The notes: generated from the letters alone by a model not told the origin. Shown: positions 31,124-40,412, counted from the stretch's first letter. The stretch is DNA of 64,000 nt from a virus (IMGVR_UViG_2030936005_000025:160001-224000), one strand, 5' to 3'. Made by a program: numbers and translations.

Positions 31124-31561
31124 TTACAAAGCTGAACGGAAAGGAATACCCCACGTAGGGAGACGTTGAAGACCTAGCTTTTTATACTGAATCGCTATGC
31201 ACTCAATCTCTCTGAACTTCATGGGACCTTTTGGTTTACCAACGATTAAGGGAACACCACCTGGATACTGAGTGATATAACAACAACCACCGGTCCATTT
31301 GACTTTGAACATTGCGCTGCGCAGTAATCCATCGGACCCCATATAACGGAGTCGCATGAATTTGATATTCCAGTAACGAAGTTCTTGAATGTCACTTAAA
31401 AGAAACTTTCTCTTTAAGTCATCAATCTTCTTTTCGTTATACTTACGCCACCCAATCTTGATATCCCACCAACGACGCTGGAACCAATTTGACTTGATGT
31501 CCTTAGCACCACTAACTTCATAGAGAAACTCAGTGATGTTACTGCTGTTGATCTCTCTCAT
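31124..31561 (-). CDS. hypothetical basic protein
   Basis: 145-aa ORF. Confidence 0.7.
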   Translation of the reverse strand: MREINSSNITEFLYEVSGAKDIKSNWFQRRWWDIKIGWRKYNEKKIDDLKRKFLLSDIQELRYWNIKFMRLRYMGSDGLLRSAMFKVKWTGGCCYITQYPGGVPLIVGKPKGPMKFREIECIAIQYKKLGLQRLPTWGIPFRSAL

Positions 31562-31563
31562 GG

Positions 31564-32463
31564 CTACCAGTCACTTGCCAGAGAGTTTAACTCAGTCAAC
31601 ATCATGTCATACCAGTTAACAGCATCAGTACGATCAATCGAGAAGAAGAAATGAACCATCCCAACTTTGATCCGAACATATTTACCTAACTTCACTTGCG
31701 TCATGGTAACTTCGGCACTGGGGAACCAAGGATAGGTTACGATGATACCAGGTCCGAAATTCCCGTTAGCATATCGGTCACGGATATCATTAATGACGTG
31801 ATGCATTTCGACCTTATGATCCTGAACAAATGCCAACATATTCGCTGCCATCAATTTCTTATCGGCAACGTGCTCAGGGAAGTCAATCCACCAATCACCC
31901 AGTAAACTTTTGGTAATACTGTCATGAGAGAACAACACGTCAACCGGTTTATCTGAAACAGTGGTAGTGTCTACCTGGGACAGAACAGTTTTCATTTTGT
32001 TAGCAAAAACTACTTTGTCACCTGTTGTTTCAGATTCAGCCACTTTAGTGGAATCACCACCGATATCACGGTTATCAGAAATAGAAACACGATATGCGCC
32101 ACTACCCGCTTCTTCTACCTGGAAGAAGATATCATGATGGACACTGTTGAGAGAACCCAGGTCATCCCAATACAGGGCGATATATACACGGTTATAACGA
32201 ATACCGTCTAAACGATCGCGTTGTACTCGACCACCGATTGCTTTGACATCTTTGTCAACACCAGAGGCAAAGATAGTGGTCAACGGAGGTGGGATAATAA
32301 CAACCTGAATATCGCTGTTGTGGAAGAATTCGTTCACAACTGTATTGATGGTATCAATAGAAACCATACTCGGTAACTGAATACCGATGATGCCCTGCTG
32401 AAGTGGATTGGATTCCAGTTTGTGCTGGATCATCTTAACAAAGTTTACGCCGGTAACATTCAT
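31564..32463 (-). CDS. hypothetical protein
   Basis: 299-aa ORF. Confidence 0.75.
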   Translation of the reverse strand: MNVTGVNFVKMIQHKLESNPLQQGIIGIQLPSMVSIDTINTVVNEFFHNSDIQVVIIPPPLTTIFASGVDKDVKAIGGRVQRDRLDGIRYNRVYIALYWDDLGSLNSVHHDIFFQVEEAGSGAYRVSISDNRDIGGDSTKVAESETTGDKVVFANKMKTVLSQVDTTTVSDKPVDVLFSHDSITKSLLGDWWIDFPEHVADKKLMAANMLAFVQDHKVEMHHVINDIRDRYANGNFGPGIIVTYPWFPSAEVTMTQVKLGKYVRIKVGMVHFFFSIDRTDAVNWYDMMLTELNSLASDW

Positions 32464-32639
32464 TAGTGTGTTCCTAAAGTAGAAAGATAATCGATAAAGA
32501 TCACGGCCGGGACTTCACGACCCACCGGTTTGGTCGAAGACGTTGCTCTTAATGCACAAGGAGTGATAACAGTAAAGTTTTTGTCTTTACTAAATTCCTT
32601 GGTGCGAACAAACAGTTCCTTCAGTTCTTCTTGAGACAT
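32463..32639 (-). CDS. small hypothetical protein (58 aa, absent from the ORF track)
   Basis: MSQEELKELFVRTKEFSKDKNFTVITPCALRATSSTKPVGREVPAVIFIDYLSTLGTH. Its TAA overlaps the next ATG and it fills the gap exactly. Confidence 0.6.
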   Translation of the reverse strand: MSQEELKELFVRTKEFSKDKNFTVITPCALRATSSTKPVGREVPAVIFIDYLSTLGTH

Positions 32640-32944
32640 TCTTCAACATCCTTGATATTAAGCGTGGCGATAACTTGTAGGGTATTCCACGGTCGACCTA
32701 ACGGGGCGTATGGATGACCCATGCCATGTTCGGGTTGAGGTGTCTGAAGTTTAAGGAGATCCTCGACTGGGATTCCGGTGAACTCAGAGATATCATCGAG
32801 GTGACATTTTAACAACTCAGGGAATTCGTCGTTTAACATCGCCTCGATAAACTTACCGCTGTAATTATATTTACACTTGAAAGAAATCAGGGTTTTAATA
32901 TCGGTAAACCCGTGTTTCTCTTTTAACAGTTTACCGATTTCCAT
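32621..32944 (-). CDS. hypothetical protein
   Basis: ORF coupled by TAATG. Confidence 0.7.
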   Translation of the reverse strand: MEIGKLLKEKHGFTDIKTLISFKCKYNYSGKFIEAMLNDEFPELLKCHLDDISEFTGIPVEDLLKLQTPQPEHGMGHPYAPLGRPWNTLQVIATLNIKDVEECLKKN

Positions 32945-33438
32945 TATTCTTTCTCCGGGAGTCTCATTATTGAACTGAGATCAGGGATCTCGATATCTAC
33001 AGATATCATTCGCTTACCTTCATGAAACCAGGTCAACACGAGTTTAGGGACAATGGAGTTGATAGCATGTGCAAGATCGTTGGTTATCAACTCATCTGTT
33101 TTCTTCTTAAAAACAAATTCATTTTCAGGCCAACCTAATACACGCCAGTAAACAAGGGGTTCACTTTTAAATAAACCAGGACCAACATGAATTCTTCCCA
33201 GTCTTTTATCTTTCTTATGAATGTCAAGATAGATACTGTCACCCAACCATGACCCATCAATCTCATAGCCACCTAAAAGTAGATCGATATAGGGATCGGA
33301 ATCTTCGCGTCTGAAAAACATATCAGACAGTTTGAGAAAGAGCTGCTCAAACTCTAATTCAATCTGAGCTTGCTTTCTTAAACAAAGTTCGTTGCGGTAC
33401 TTCTTAGAGAACAGCTTTTTGAATAAATGAATTAACAT
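32944..33438 (-). CDS. hypothetical protein
   Basis: ORF in the operon. Confidence 0.7.
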   Translation of the reverse strand: MLIHLFKKLFSKKYRNELCLRKQAQIELEFEQLFLKLSDMFFRREDSDPYIDLLLGGYEIDGSWLGDSIYLDIHKKDKRLGRIHVGPGLFKSEPLVYWRVLGWPENEFVFKKKTDELITNDLAHAINSIVPKLVLTWFHEGKRMISVDIEIPDLSSIMRLPEKE

Positions 33439-33445
33439 ATCAACC

Positions 33446-33784
33446 TCAGTGAAGAGTTGTCAGGGATTTGTAAACACGACCGATGAGTTGAGTGTTGCCG
33501 TCAGCGAATTTATCGACAATCCACTTTGAACCCATGGCTGTTGTGTTAGCTAATTGTTGAGGCTCTATTTTAAATGCGATGGTTTCACCGTACCAATCGA
33601 TAACATAAACAACCAGGTGACCGTTTTCACTGGCGAAGTGTGCTTCGATGTTGTTATTACGATGCTGATATTTTAACACATCGGTGGCTTTGCCTTCAGT
33701 AACCAATTTACAGATGTGTTCCATTACTGGGGTGATGAATTCTTTTAATTCATTACGGAGTTTTTTACGTGTTACTTTATCCAT
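33446..33784 (-). CDS. hypothetical protein
   Basis: ORF in the operon. Confidence 0.7.
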   Translation of the reverse strand: MDKVTRKKLRNELKEFITPVMEHICKLVTEGKATDVLKYQHRNNNIEAHFASENGHLVVYVIDWYGETIAFKIEPQQLANTTAMGSKWIVDKFADGNTQLIGRVYKSLTTLH

Positions 33785-34064
33785 TGTTCTTTCTCTCTGA
33801 GATATTGCGATAGACTTGTTCGTTATGGCCTGGAGTTTGACGCAGCATCAGGTCCAATTCACGGTACGTAACAAAACCCAACCAGTCATGCTGACCGTGA
33901 AGAATCTTGTTAGCTAATTCAACAGACAGGTTATGGATACGGGCAAAGTCATATACATCCAAACCAAGGCGTTTCATGTGACGACGGATGACTTCGGAAA
34001 ATGCTTTATTAATTTCCGTTTGTGTCATAGCTTTCTTTTCGACGACTGAAAGTAAATTACGCAT
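33777..34064 (-). CDS. putative helix-turn-helix (XRE-like) protein
   Basis: LDVYDFARIHNLSVELANKILHG resembles a Cro/XRE HTH. Confidence 0.5.
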   Translation of the reverse strand: MRNLLSVVEKKAMTQTEINKAFSEVIRRHMKRLGLDVYDFARIHNLSVELANKILHGQHDWLGFVTYRELDLMLRQTPGHNEQVYRNISERKNNG

Positions 34065-34133
34065 GCGTTCTTCTCTCTAAGGTTAATTAAGATGACCCAG
34101 CCGAAGCCAGATCATCTTAGTGGTAGTTTGATA

Positions 34134-34493
34134 TTAATCGGCCCAACTCAGTAACAAGGAATCGTCACCTTCGAAAGCAAACGTGTCACGCTGCTCTTTC
34201 AGTGCATCAATCAGCTTGTTACCTTTAAACTGAATAGGGTCACTCCATTCCCCAATGCGTTCTTCCAACCCAGCGACAATACGATCGATGAGTTCAGGAG
34301 ACAATACGTGGAAATCCATATCCTCGTCATACGTTACGTCGAGAATCTCCATCAGCGCATCCGCAATATCCCCGATGCGAGGCTGGCGAAAAATCTCACG
34401 AGTATAGTCGGCATGATCATTATATCCCAAAATTGGCTTCATCTCTTCAATGTAATCATCGTCGATCAAAGACAGTTCTACGTAATGCGCCAT
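34134..34493 (-). CDS. hypothetical acidic protein
   Basis: ORF with RBS. Confidence 0.7.
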   Translation of the reverse strand: MAHYVELSLIDDDYIEEMKPILGYNDHADYTREIFRQPRIGDIADALMEILDVTYDEDMDFHVLSPELIDRIVAGLEERIGEWSDPIQFKGNKLIDALKEQRDTFAFEGDDSLLLSWAD

Positions 34494-34502
34494 GATAAAT
34501 CC

Positions 34503-35024
34503 TTATTCGCTAATGTATGACCGGGTATTAAGCTTCGTGATAAAATGACCTAATACACCCATCGTAATTTCATCGTTAATAAAATGATCCTGGGGAACGT
34601 ATCGGACTTCTCCAATATTAGTCCGAACGACAATCATATCAGCAAGGATGATGATCTTACCCAATGGAGTTTTACTGTGATCCTTTTCCACGTTAATGGA
34701 CAAGGGGAATTCGTTAAGAGGGGTAAAGAGGTACTCGTTCACTGATAGAGGAGTAAAGTCTTTCAACGTTCTCGTCATCAGCTGATTAAGCAATTCAGAA
34801 AACTTCATCGTAAATTGGATCAAAGACTGAGTGTCACATTGATCGGCTTCAACATGGAGTCTTGAGATAACTTCTTCTAGCAGCAGCTTTTGTATTTCAG
34901 GTTTAGAATGATCGAACTCTGCATCTAAGGTGACTGCCATCTCAAGCATTTCCTCATCCACCTTTTTCTTCAGGTGATTTGCATACCGATCAACAACTCT
35001 CAATAACTCCTTCTGACATTTCAT
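34503..35024 (-). CDS. hypothetical protein
   Basis: ORF with RBS. Confidence 0.7.
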   Translation of the reverse strand: MKCQKELLRVVDRYANHLKKKVDEEMLEMAVTLDAEFDHSKPEIQKLLLEEVISRLHVEADQCDTQSLIQFTMKFSELLNQLMTRTLKDFTPLSVNEYLFTPLNEFPLSINVEKDHSKTPLGKIIILADMIVVRTNIGEVRYVPQDHFINDEITMGVLGHFITKLNTRSYISE

Positions 35025-35337
35025 TCTTATTCCTAAAAATTATAAGGCGCATTTACCCTGGCTACCGATTAAGGTAACCAAGGTTCTTTTTCTATCAATT
35101 TTCAGGATTTTTGTTTTTCCCTATATCCTTTTTATTCCCTTTATATATTCTCTTAATACTCTTATATGGTTTACTTAAATTATATAAGTAGTGGGATCCT
35201 CCCAAGGGCAACGTCAAGGGAGATCCCCCCATTATCCCCCCTTAACATCCACTTTTTACAAGAGATGTTGAGAAGAGATAATAGGGAAAAAAGAGAATTA
35301 TAATGCATAGTATAAAAAGGGTATTTGAAAAAGTACG

Positions 35338-35721
35338 TTAAGCCGTTTCGTTTAACCGAGGAATACCGTACTCAACAATGGTTGCCAAGAAGGTATACTT
35401 CATCTTGATGCCATCAGACTCAACGCAGATATGAAGCCGGTTACTATCGAATTCGCGTTTTATCTCGATATCGACACCCGGAACCATATCTCCTACTCGT
35501 TTGATGATACCTAAGAGATCAGAGTAATGCAGTGCGTTATGCACCAGCAGTTTCTTGTTGATCTCGATTTCAATATTACCAAAAGCTTTCTGGGTGTCTT
35601 TGACCGCCTGTTTGATTACTTGCGCTTCGCTAATAAGCACACAAGTTAACCAAATTGCGGTCCCCGCAATTGCGATCAATATGACAATCATAATAATCCC
35701 TAAAAGTGTGTATCCGGTCAT
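35338..35721 (-). CDS. N-terminally membrane-anchored protein
   Basis: Hydrophobic N-terminal segment. Confidence 0.7.
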   Translation of the reverse strand: MTGYTLLGIIMIVILIAIAGTAIWLTCVLISEAQVIKQAVKDTQKAFGNIEIEINKKLLVHNALHYSDLLGIIKRVGDMVPGVDIEIKREFDSNRLHICVESDGIKMKYTFLATIVEYGIPRLNETA

Positions 35722-35792
35722 GATTTTTTATTCTCTTCTGTGTGCAGCATAAAAGTAAATAGACAGGGAGCGAACTCCCTATCTACGTAAGT

Positions 35793-36476
35793 TTACTTCA
35801 AGTTTACATCGACATGCTCAAGCAGTGCTTCACGCAGCCACTTGTTTACTGGGTCGTTAGAAGCATTGGCATAGTAGCTACGCATGATGCCGGCATGTAC
35901 CGGAATGTAATTGGTCAGCTCACCCTTGATACCGCCTGTGTGAATATCCACGAACACCTGAAGCTTGTTCGTAATACCACGTTGTACAGTTACGCGGGTT
36001 GAAAGTAGTTGATCAAGATGGAACGCACCATACTTGATCTCTTTGACGTTCTGACCAAAGGTTAAACGTTTCAGCCAACCGATCTCGGTAATGAATGGCT
36101 TGATGTTAACCTTCTTGATACTTTCCGTAATAACGGTGATTGAATCAGTATAGATCGCCCGGTACTCTTTGTGGAACCAGACTTCCAATTGATTTAACAC
36201 CGCCTTGCTAATCGTTGCCGTTTTACCCAGTTTAAACGATTTGGATGTTCCGTCCTTAGAAGCCATCAGCACTAGATGATAAGCCCCATCGAGTAGGACG
36301 ATCGTTGCAGATACACCATTGGCCGCAAACAGAACCATTGACGGTTCGATTACACTACCTGGACGATGCACAAGTGCCAGGTCGTTGAGGCGTTTGTTTA
36401 CTTCAGCCAGATTCCCTGCCAGAATAGTCAGGAACATGCGAAGATAAATTACTGCTACGTTTTGATAGTCAAACAT
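35793..36476 (-). CDS. hypothetical protein
   Basis: 227-aa ORF with a GAGG RBS. Confidence 0.75.
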   Translation of the reverse strand: MFDYQNVAVIYLRMFLTILAGNLAEVNKRLNDLALVHRPGSVIEPSMVLFAANGVSATIVLLDGAYHLVLMASKDGTSKSFKLGKTATISKAVLNQLEVWFHKEYRAIYTDSITVITESIKKVNIKPFITEIGWLKRLTFGQNVKEIKYGAFHLDQLLSTRVTVQRGITNKLQVFVDIHTGGIKGELTNYIPVHAGIMRSYYANASNDPVNKWLREALLEHVDVNLK

Positions 36477-36579
36477 TTAACTACATCCTCAGATTTTGAG
36501 TATTGAGTGAAGGTGTGTAATATCCATATTTGTTATTTTCTCCTTTACTGCGTAAACAGTAAGGGATCACAATATAGCG

Positions 36580-37032
36580 TTATTGTGGGAGCACTACCAC
36601 AGGAACGAATACCGGACTCCAATTAATCTGTTGATCTTTGGTTAGAGAACGAATGTCCCAGAGAGAACACAAGACGAATTCTTGCCCGTCAATATTCACG
36701 TTGATGGTGAACGTATCCTTATTACCAATCCAGTCGACAGTCACCTTTTCGAATGGACGGTTTTCACCGATGCCCTGAATGTATGAGTTAAATTCACCCA
36801 TGATCTCTTTTGAGATAGTGCCGTTGACCCTATACATCGAATAGAGTCTGGCCTCTATCTTGCTTAAGAACTCCCCGATGTCCTTACGGTACTTAATCGA
36901 CTTGTCGATCTTGTACTTCTCACGTTCTTTCTGAGCTGCGGAATAACGCCAGTAGGCTGGCATTATTACATCCCTGAAGAGATACCCCAGTGCGAAACCG
37001 ATGACAACACAAAGGAAGAGATTAGTTAACAT
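36580..37032 (-). CDS. N-terminally membrane-anchored protein
   Basis: TM segment LFLCVVIGFALGYLF. Confidence 0.7.
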   Translation of the reverse strand: MLTNLFLCVVIGFALGYLFRDVIMPAYWRYSAAQKEREKYKIDKSIKYRKDIGEFLSKIEARLYSMYRVNGTISKEIMGEFNSYIQGIGENRPFEKVTVDWIGNKDTFTINVNIDGQEFVLCSLWDIRSLTKDQQINWSPVFVPVVVLPQ

Positions 37033-37046
37033 ATTTGCCTCTAAAG

Positions 37047-37379
37047 TTAAATGGGTTTAACAAAGTAGGAGAGAATATCAAGCGAGATCTCTGGACTAAC
37101 CTTGGCGTGACGAAGGTGATAGTGGATAACTTTACCCTCGATCCCAGTTGCATTGACTGTGATGTCATTTTGACCAACCAGGATAACGTTCTTATCCGGG
37201 ATGTTGTCCACATCGATCAATGCATGACCAACACCTGTATAAATCGTAAAAGTACGATTATCCACATGAGCGGTGTATTCACCGCGAGCCAGTTCCAGAT
37301 TAACGATCTTATTCAGCAGAGTGTGAAACTCCTGCTGTTGTTTGATAACACGCATGATACGATCTTCTTGCTCTTTCAT
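37047..37379 (-). CDS. hypothetical protein
   Basis: ORF in the operon. Confidence 0.65.
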   Translation of the reverse strand: MKEQEDRIMRVIKQQQEFHTLLNKIVNLELARGEYTAHVDNRTFTIYTGVGHALIDVDNIPDKNVILVGQNDITVNATGIEGKVIHYHLRHAKVSPEISLDILSYFVKPI

Positions 37380-37382
37380 TTG

Positions 37383-37841
37383 TCACTCCAACCACGGGAA
37401 GATGGTGATTAACATTTTCTGAAATGCGAGATCAGACAGATAACATCCAGACTTGGTTTGATCGCTAAAATCAACCAAAGGGTAGATGTGACTAACTAAT
37501 TCGCCTGATTGATCACTAAGCCAACGTAATGACTTATCAGTAGGAAGTTGAGATACATTAGGTTCATCAAAGAAAATCGGTTTCCCTTCAAGGTTCAGCA
37601 AAGGTGTGGTATTGTGATTAACCCAGAAGGTTTGAATAAATGGATTACTTGCATCACTTACCAGAATTCTGACCTGAGAATTAAATGGCTTCCATGATAT
37701 TTCAAAACGCTTGAGTCCAACAACGTGGACCTCGGGATACTGATTTTCTTCAGGTGCCCGGTCAATGCCATCCCGCAACATGTAGAGCTCAGCGCTCCAG
37801 CCCGTGAGGAAATGGTATAATCTAAACTGACTATCTTTCAT
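37383..37841 (-). CDS. hypothetical protein
   Basis: ORF in the operon. Confidence 0.7.
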   Translation of the reverse strand: MKDSQFRLYHFLTGWSAELYMLRDGIDRAPEENQYPEVHVVGLKRFEISWKPFNSQVRILVSDASNPFIQTFWVNHNTTPLLNLEGKPIFFDEPNVSQLPTDKSLRWLSDQSGELVSHIYPLVDFSDQTKSGCYLSDLAFQKMLITIFPWLE

Positions 37842-37843
37842 GG

Positions 37844-38218
37844 TTACCCCTGTTTTGCTGGACCCACCAATTTGTCCATCACCTCTTTGATGATGATTTC
37901 AATTTCGATCGGATCCGGCACTTCGGTTAATTTATCTTTAGCAAGCTTGCGCTGCAGATTCACCATCACGGCATTGAAGATGGTGTCGAGGTCAATGTCC
38001 ATGACCTCCTCGTACTTGAGTACCTCGTGATACACACGCAGGTAATCCAGGTGGATGATTTCTTTCGCACGAGTTTTACTGCCAGCAAACTTAGCTTTAC
38101 GGGACATAGATCTTTCCTTCTTAGGAGGTAAATTGGCACGATGCCAAGAATAACGAGCGAGACCGGCTATTAGACCGCCGACCAAGAATAAAAATAGGAT
38201 CCAGTATACAACGGACAT
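37844..38218 (-). CDS. N-terminally membrane-anchored protein
   Basis: TM segment VVYWILFLFLVGGLIAGLA. Confidence 0.7.
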   Translation of the reverse strand: MSVVYWILFLFLVGGLIAGLARYSWHRANLPPKKERSMSRKAKFAGSKTRAKEIIHLDYLRVYHEVLKYEEVMDIDLDTIFNAVMVNLQRKLAKDKLTEVPDPIEIEIIIKEVMDKLVGPAKQG

Positions 38219-38815
38219 TTAGACCTCAAAGAGTTTATCCATCTTTACTTCATTACCATTTTCGTCAGTGACTTTGTGAATCAAGCCATTCAAGATTGAG
38301 CCACGATAAGGGTGTTGAATGCCACCTTTGGAGATCAATACTTCAAAGTCAGCATCATAGGTCTTAGTGTCACGATAGTTGTACAGCACTTTGTAGCCGT
38401 AGCAGTAATCCAAATTGTTACCACTTTCACTACAATAAAATGACAAGGTAGATTTGATAAGCTCTGCAGCCTCAAATCCCAGTGCTGTATCAATGACGCG
38501 CGCAATCAGATTATGGTGACTACTGATACGGTCATTGAGCTTGAAGTAAAAGTCGTGAGGACGTAACTCAGCAATGATATAATCAGCAATCCCTTCTTTA
38601 GGACGGGTAAACACAAACTGACCATCCTGCTCAATACCAAAGATATGAAGACGGATGGTACGATTAATAATAAATTCAATAGCAATAATGTCCAGACCTC
38701 TGGCTCCTTGATTACGAAGCTTGGCTGGATTAACGATATAACTCTTTACCGATTGAACACTAAAGTGATCGTTCAGTAAATCTGTGAAATAAGTACGTAC
38801 GGTTTCAATATTCAT
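38219..38815 (-). CDS. hypothetical protein
   Basis: First ORF after the promoter at 38861. Confidence 0.75.
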   Translation of the reverse strand: MNIETVRTYFTDLLNDHFSVQSVKSYIVNPAKLRNQGARGLDIIAIEFIINRTIRLHIFGIEQDGQFVFTRPKEGIADYIIAELRPHDFYFKLNDRISSHHNLIARVIDTALGFEAAELIKSTLSFYCSESGNNLDYCYGYKVLYNYRDTKTYDADFEVLISKGGIQHPYRGSILNGLIHKVTDENGNEVKMDKLFEV

Positions 38816-38860
38816 CTTTTCAATCCTAAGGTTAAAAACTAAGTGTGGTTCTTCACTCTA

Positions 38861-38877
38861 ATAATATCTATTTAATT
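38861..38877 (-). promoter_or_regulatory. early-type promoter motif
   Basis: Minus strand AATTAAATAGATATTAT. Confidence 0.45.
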
Positions 38878-38934
38878 AATTATGAGAGATCTTTATTTTA
38901 TGTAAGAAACGATGTCATTTTATTTTCATTTCGC

Positions 38935-39421
38935 TATGGGTATTTCTGAATGCCCATAATGAAGTGTGACCGCCATCGTGCTTCTTGGTAGTTTTGCCAT
39001 TCTTTATTGCTATCTACAAAGTGGGGAGGCGGCCTTCCTCCCCCTTTCCTTAAGTACATTTGATTGGGTGTATTTAAGGAAAGCATGGGGGCATGCTTTT
39101 ATTCTGTTGTAAGTCGTGGTTGTTAAAGGACCCAGAGGGTTGGTTTGACTTTTCCTCTTCCCTTTGGGTTCTTTATTTAACATTTCTCTATGTTTGTTTA
39201 TTGAGCTGACATAGAGAAGTGCGCGCCGGTACTTCTTATCCATGTTCTTGCTTCGCCAGATGGTTTGGCAGAGGGGCTTTAGGTAGCCCCTTCTTTCTAT
39301 GTGTATTTACGAGTATACATAGAAAGCGTACCTAGCTGGTATCGCCCATCCCGCTAGTTTTTCTATCGCCTTCTTTTCTAGCCGGGATTACTTAGCCCTG
39401 TGGGGAGATTTTCTACAGGGC
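38935..39421 (+). ncRNA. candidate structured RNA: tandem array of about 10 hairpins
   Basis: Consecutive 7-16 bp stems whose imperfect pairs are G-U on the plus strand, e.g. 39124-39139/39161-39176 and 39181-39193/39209-39221. Confidence 0.6.
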
Positions 39422-39440
39422 GCTTTTCAATGGAGAACCC

Positions 39441-39740
39441 ATGTCACAAGTTGATTTGAACACCCCTGCTTTCGTTAGCTATTCAAAGGCTAACGAGTCT
39501 ATGCTTTCCTCATTGAAAAGCAAGAAATCTGTTAAGTTCGCCCGTAAAGGCTGGAACGGTAAACAACTCCACGTCCAGGTACACGGATCCATTCCAACCA
39601 GTCAGGTTGATTTGGAGAATGGCGAGAACGCCTACATCGAACCTTTCTTTGTTATCGTTAACAAAGCAAACAGCCGCGTGAACATCTGGGTACCATCGGT
39701 CTCAGATCTGCAAGCTGAAGACTGGTACGAAGTTCAGTAA
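39441..39740 (+). CDS. tad2: Tad2-like (DUF2829) anti-Thoeris sponge
   Basis: Signatures RKGWNGK and WVPSVSDLQAEDW; 99 aa; GGAGA RBS. Confidence 0.85.
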   Translation: MSQVDLNTPAFVSYSKANESMLSSLKSKKSVKFARKGWNGKQLHVQVHGSIPTSQVDLENGENAYIEPFFVIVNKANSRVNIWVPSVSDLQAEDWYEVQ

Positions 39741-39783
39741 TTTATTAACGCAGAGTTTATACTCTGTTAAAGAATTCCAGCCG

Positions 39784-39860
39784 GAGAGTGTAGCACATTA
39801 GCTAAGTGCATCCGGTATCTCTCCCGAGCATACATGTTCCAGTCGGCGGGAAGAGATCCA
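39784..39860 (+). pseudogene. possible decayed tRNA
   Basis: TA-GCAC-9nt-GTGC-A D arm and a 5-bp/7-nt anticodon-like arm, but broken T and acceptor stems. Confidence 0.3.
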
Positions 39861-39978
39861 GAATTGACAGGACCACAATTTGGTTGATCAATCAATAGAT
39901 AAGTTTTATGTCAAGATAAGAACAGTCCTTTCACAGATTCTGAAAGTACACCAACTGTATCTAATCGAGATTAAATAG

Positions 39979-40203
39979 ATGAAACTTTATCTTATTGAGC
40001 GCACAGACAAAGTCTGCATATACGACAATTATTTTGCTACAGTGGTAGCAGCGCCCACAGAGGAAAGGTCACGTGAGTTAGCGTTGGCTTTATTCGCTCG
40101 AGGAGATGACTCGTCTTCGGATGAGTTCCTTGACGTAAGCACGATCGCTATAAACGCCCTTGTCCCTGAGGGTATAATCTTATCGGACTATAATGCCGGA
40201 TAA
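39979..40203 (+). CDS. small hypothetical protein
   Basis: MKLYLIER...VVAAPTEERSRELA, a pattern common in small phage proteins. Confidence 0.7.
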   Translation: MKLYLIERTDKVCIYDNYFATVVAAPTEERSRELALALFARGDDSSSDEFLDVSTIAINALVPEGIILSDYNAG

Positions 40204-40220
40204 GAGTAATGACCGCCTGG

Positions 40221-40313
40221 AATTCCCGGAACCTCAAATTAAATTTGAGATCGAAAGAACATTGACGCTGGTTGCGAGTTGATAACGAAACCAAAGTCAT
40301 GGCTCCGGGAATT
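40221..40313 (+). ncRNA. candidate small structured RNA
   Basis: 10-bp closing helix aattcccgga/tccgggaatt enclosing two inner stems. Confidence 0.4.
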
Positions 40314-40412
40314 ACTGATTTAAATATCGAAGGCGGTAATATTATTTAGAGTCTATCTTATTTATCTTTTGACTGAACTTTCTCAGTCACTAAAAATATA
40401 AAGGTAAGTAAA

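Noticed and set aside
39010-39243. 77-aa minus-strand ORF
   Set aside because: Overlaps the plus-strand hairpin array and has no convincing RBS or family features; not fully excluded
38935-39421. CRISPR array or RNA anti-CRISPR repeats
   Set aside because: No repeated unit and no likeness to type I-E or I-F repeats that I can see
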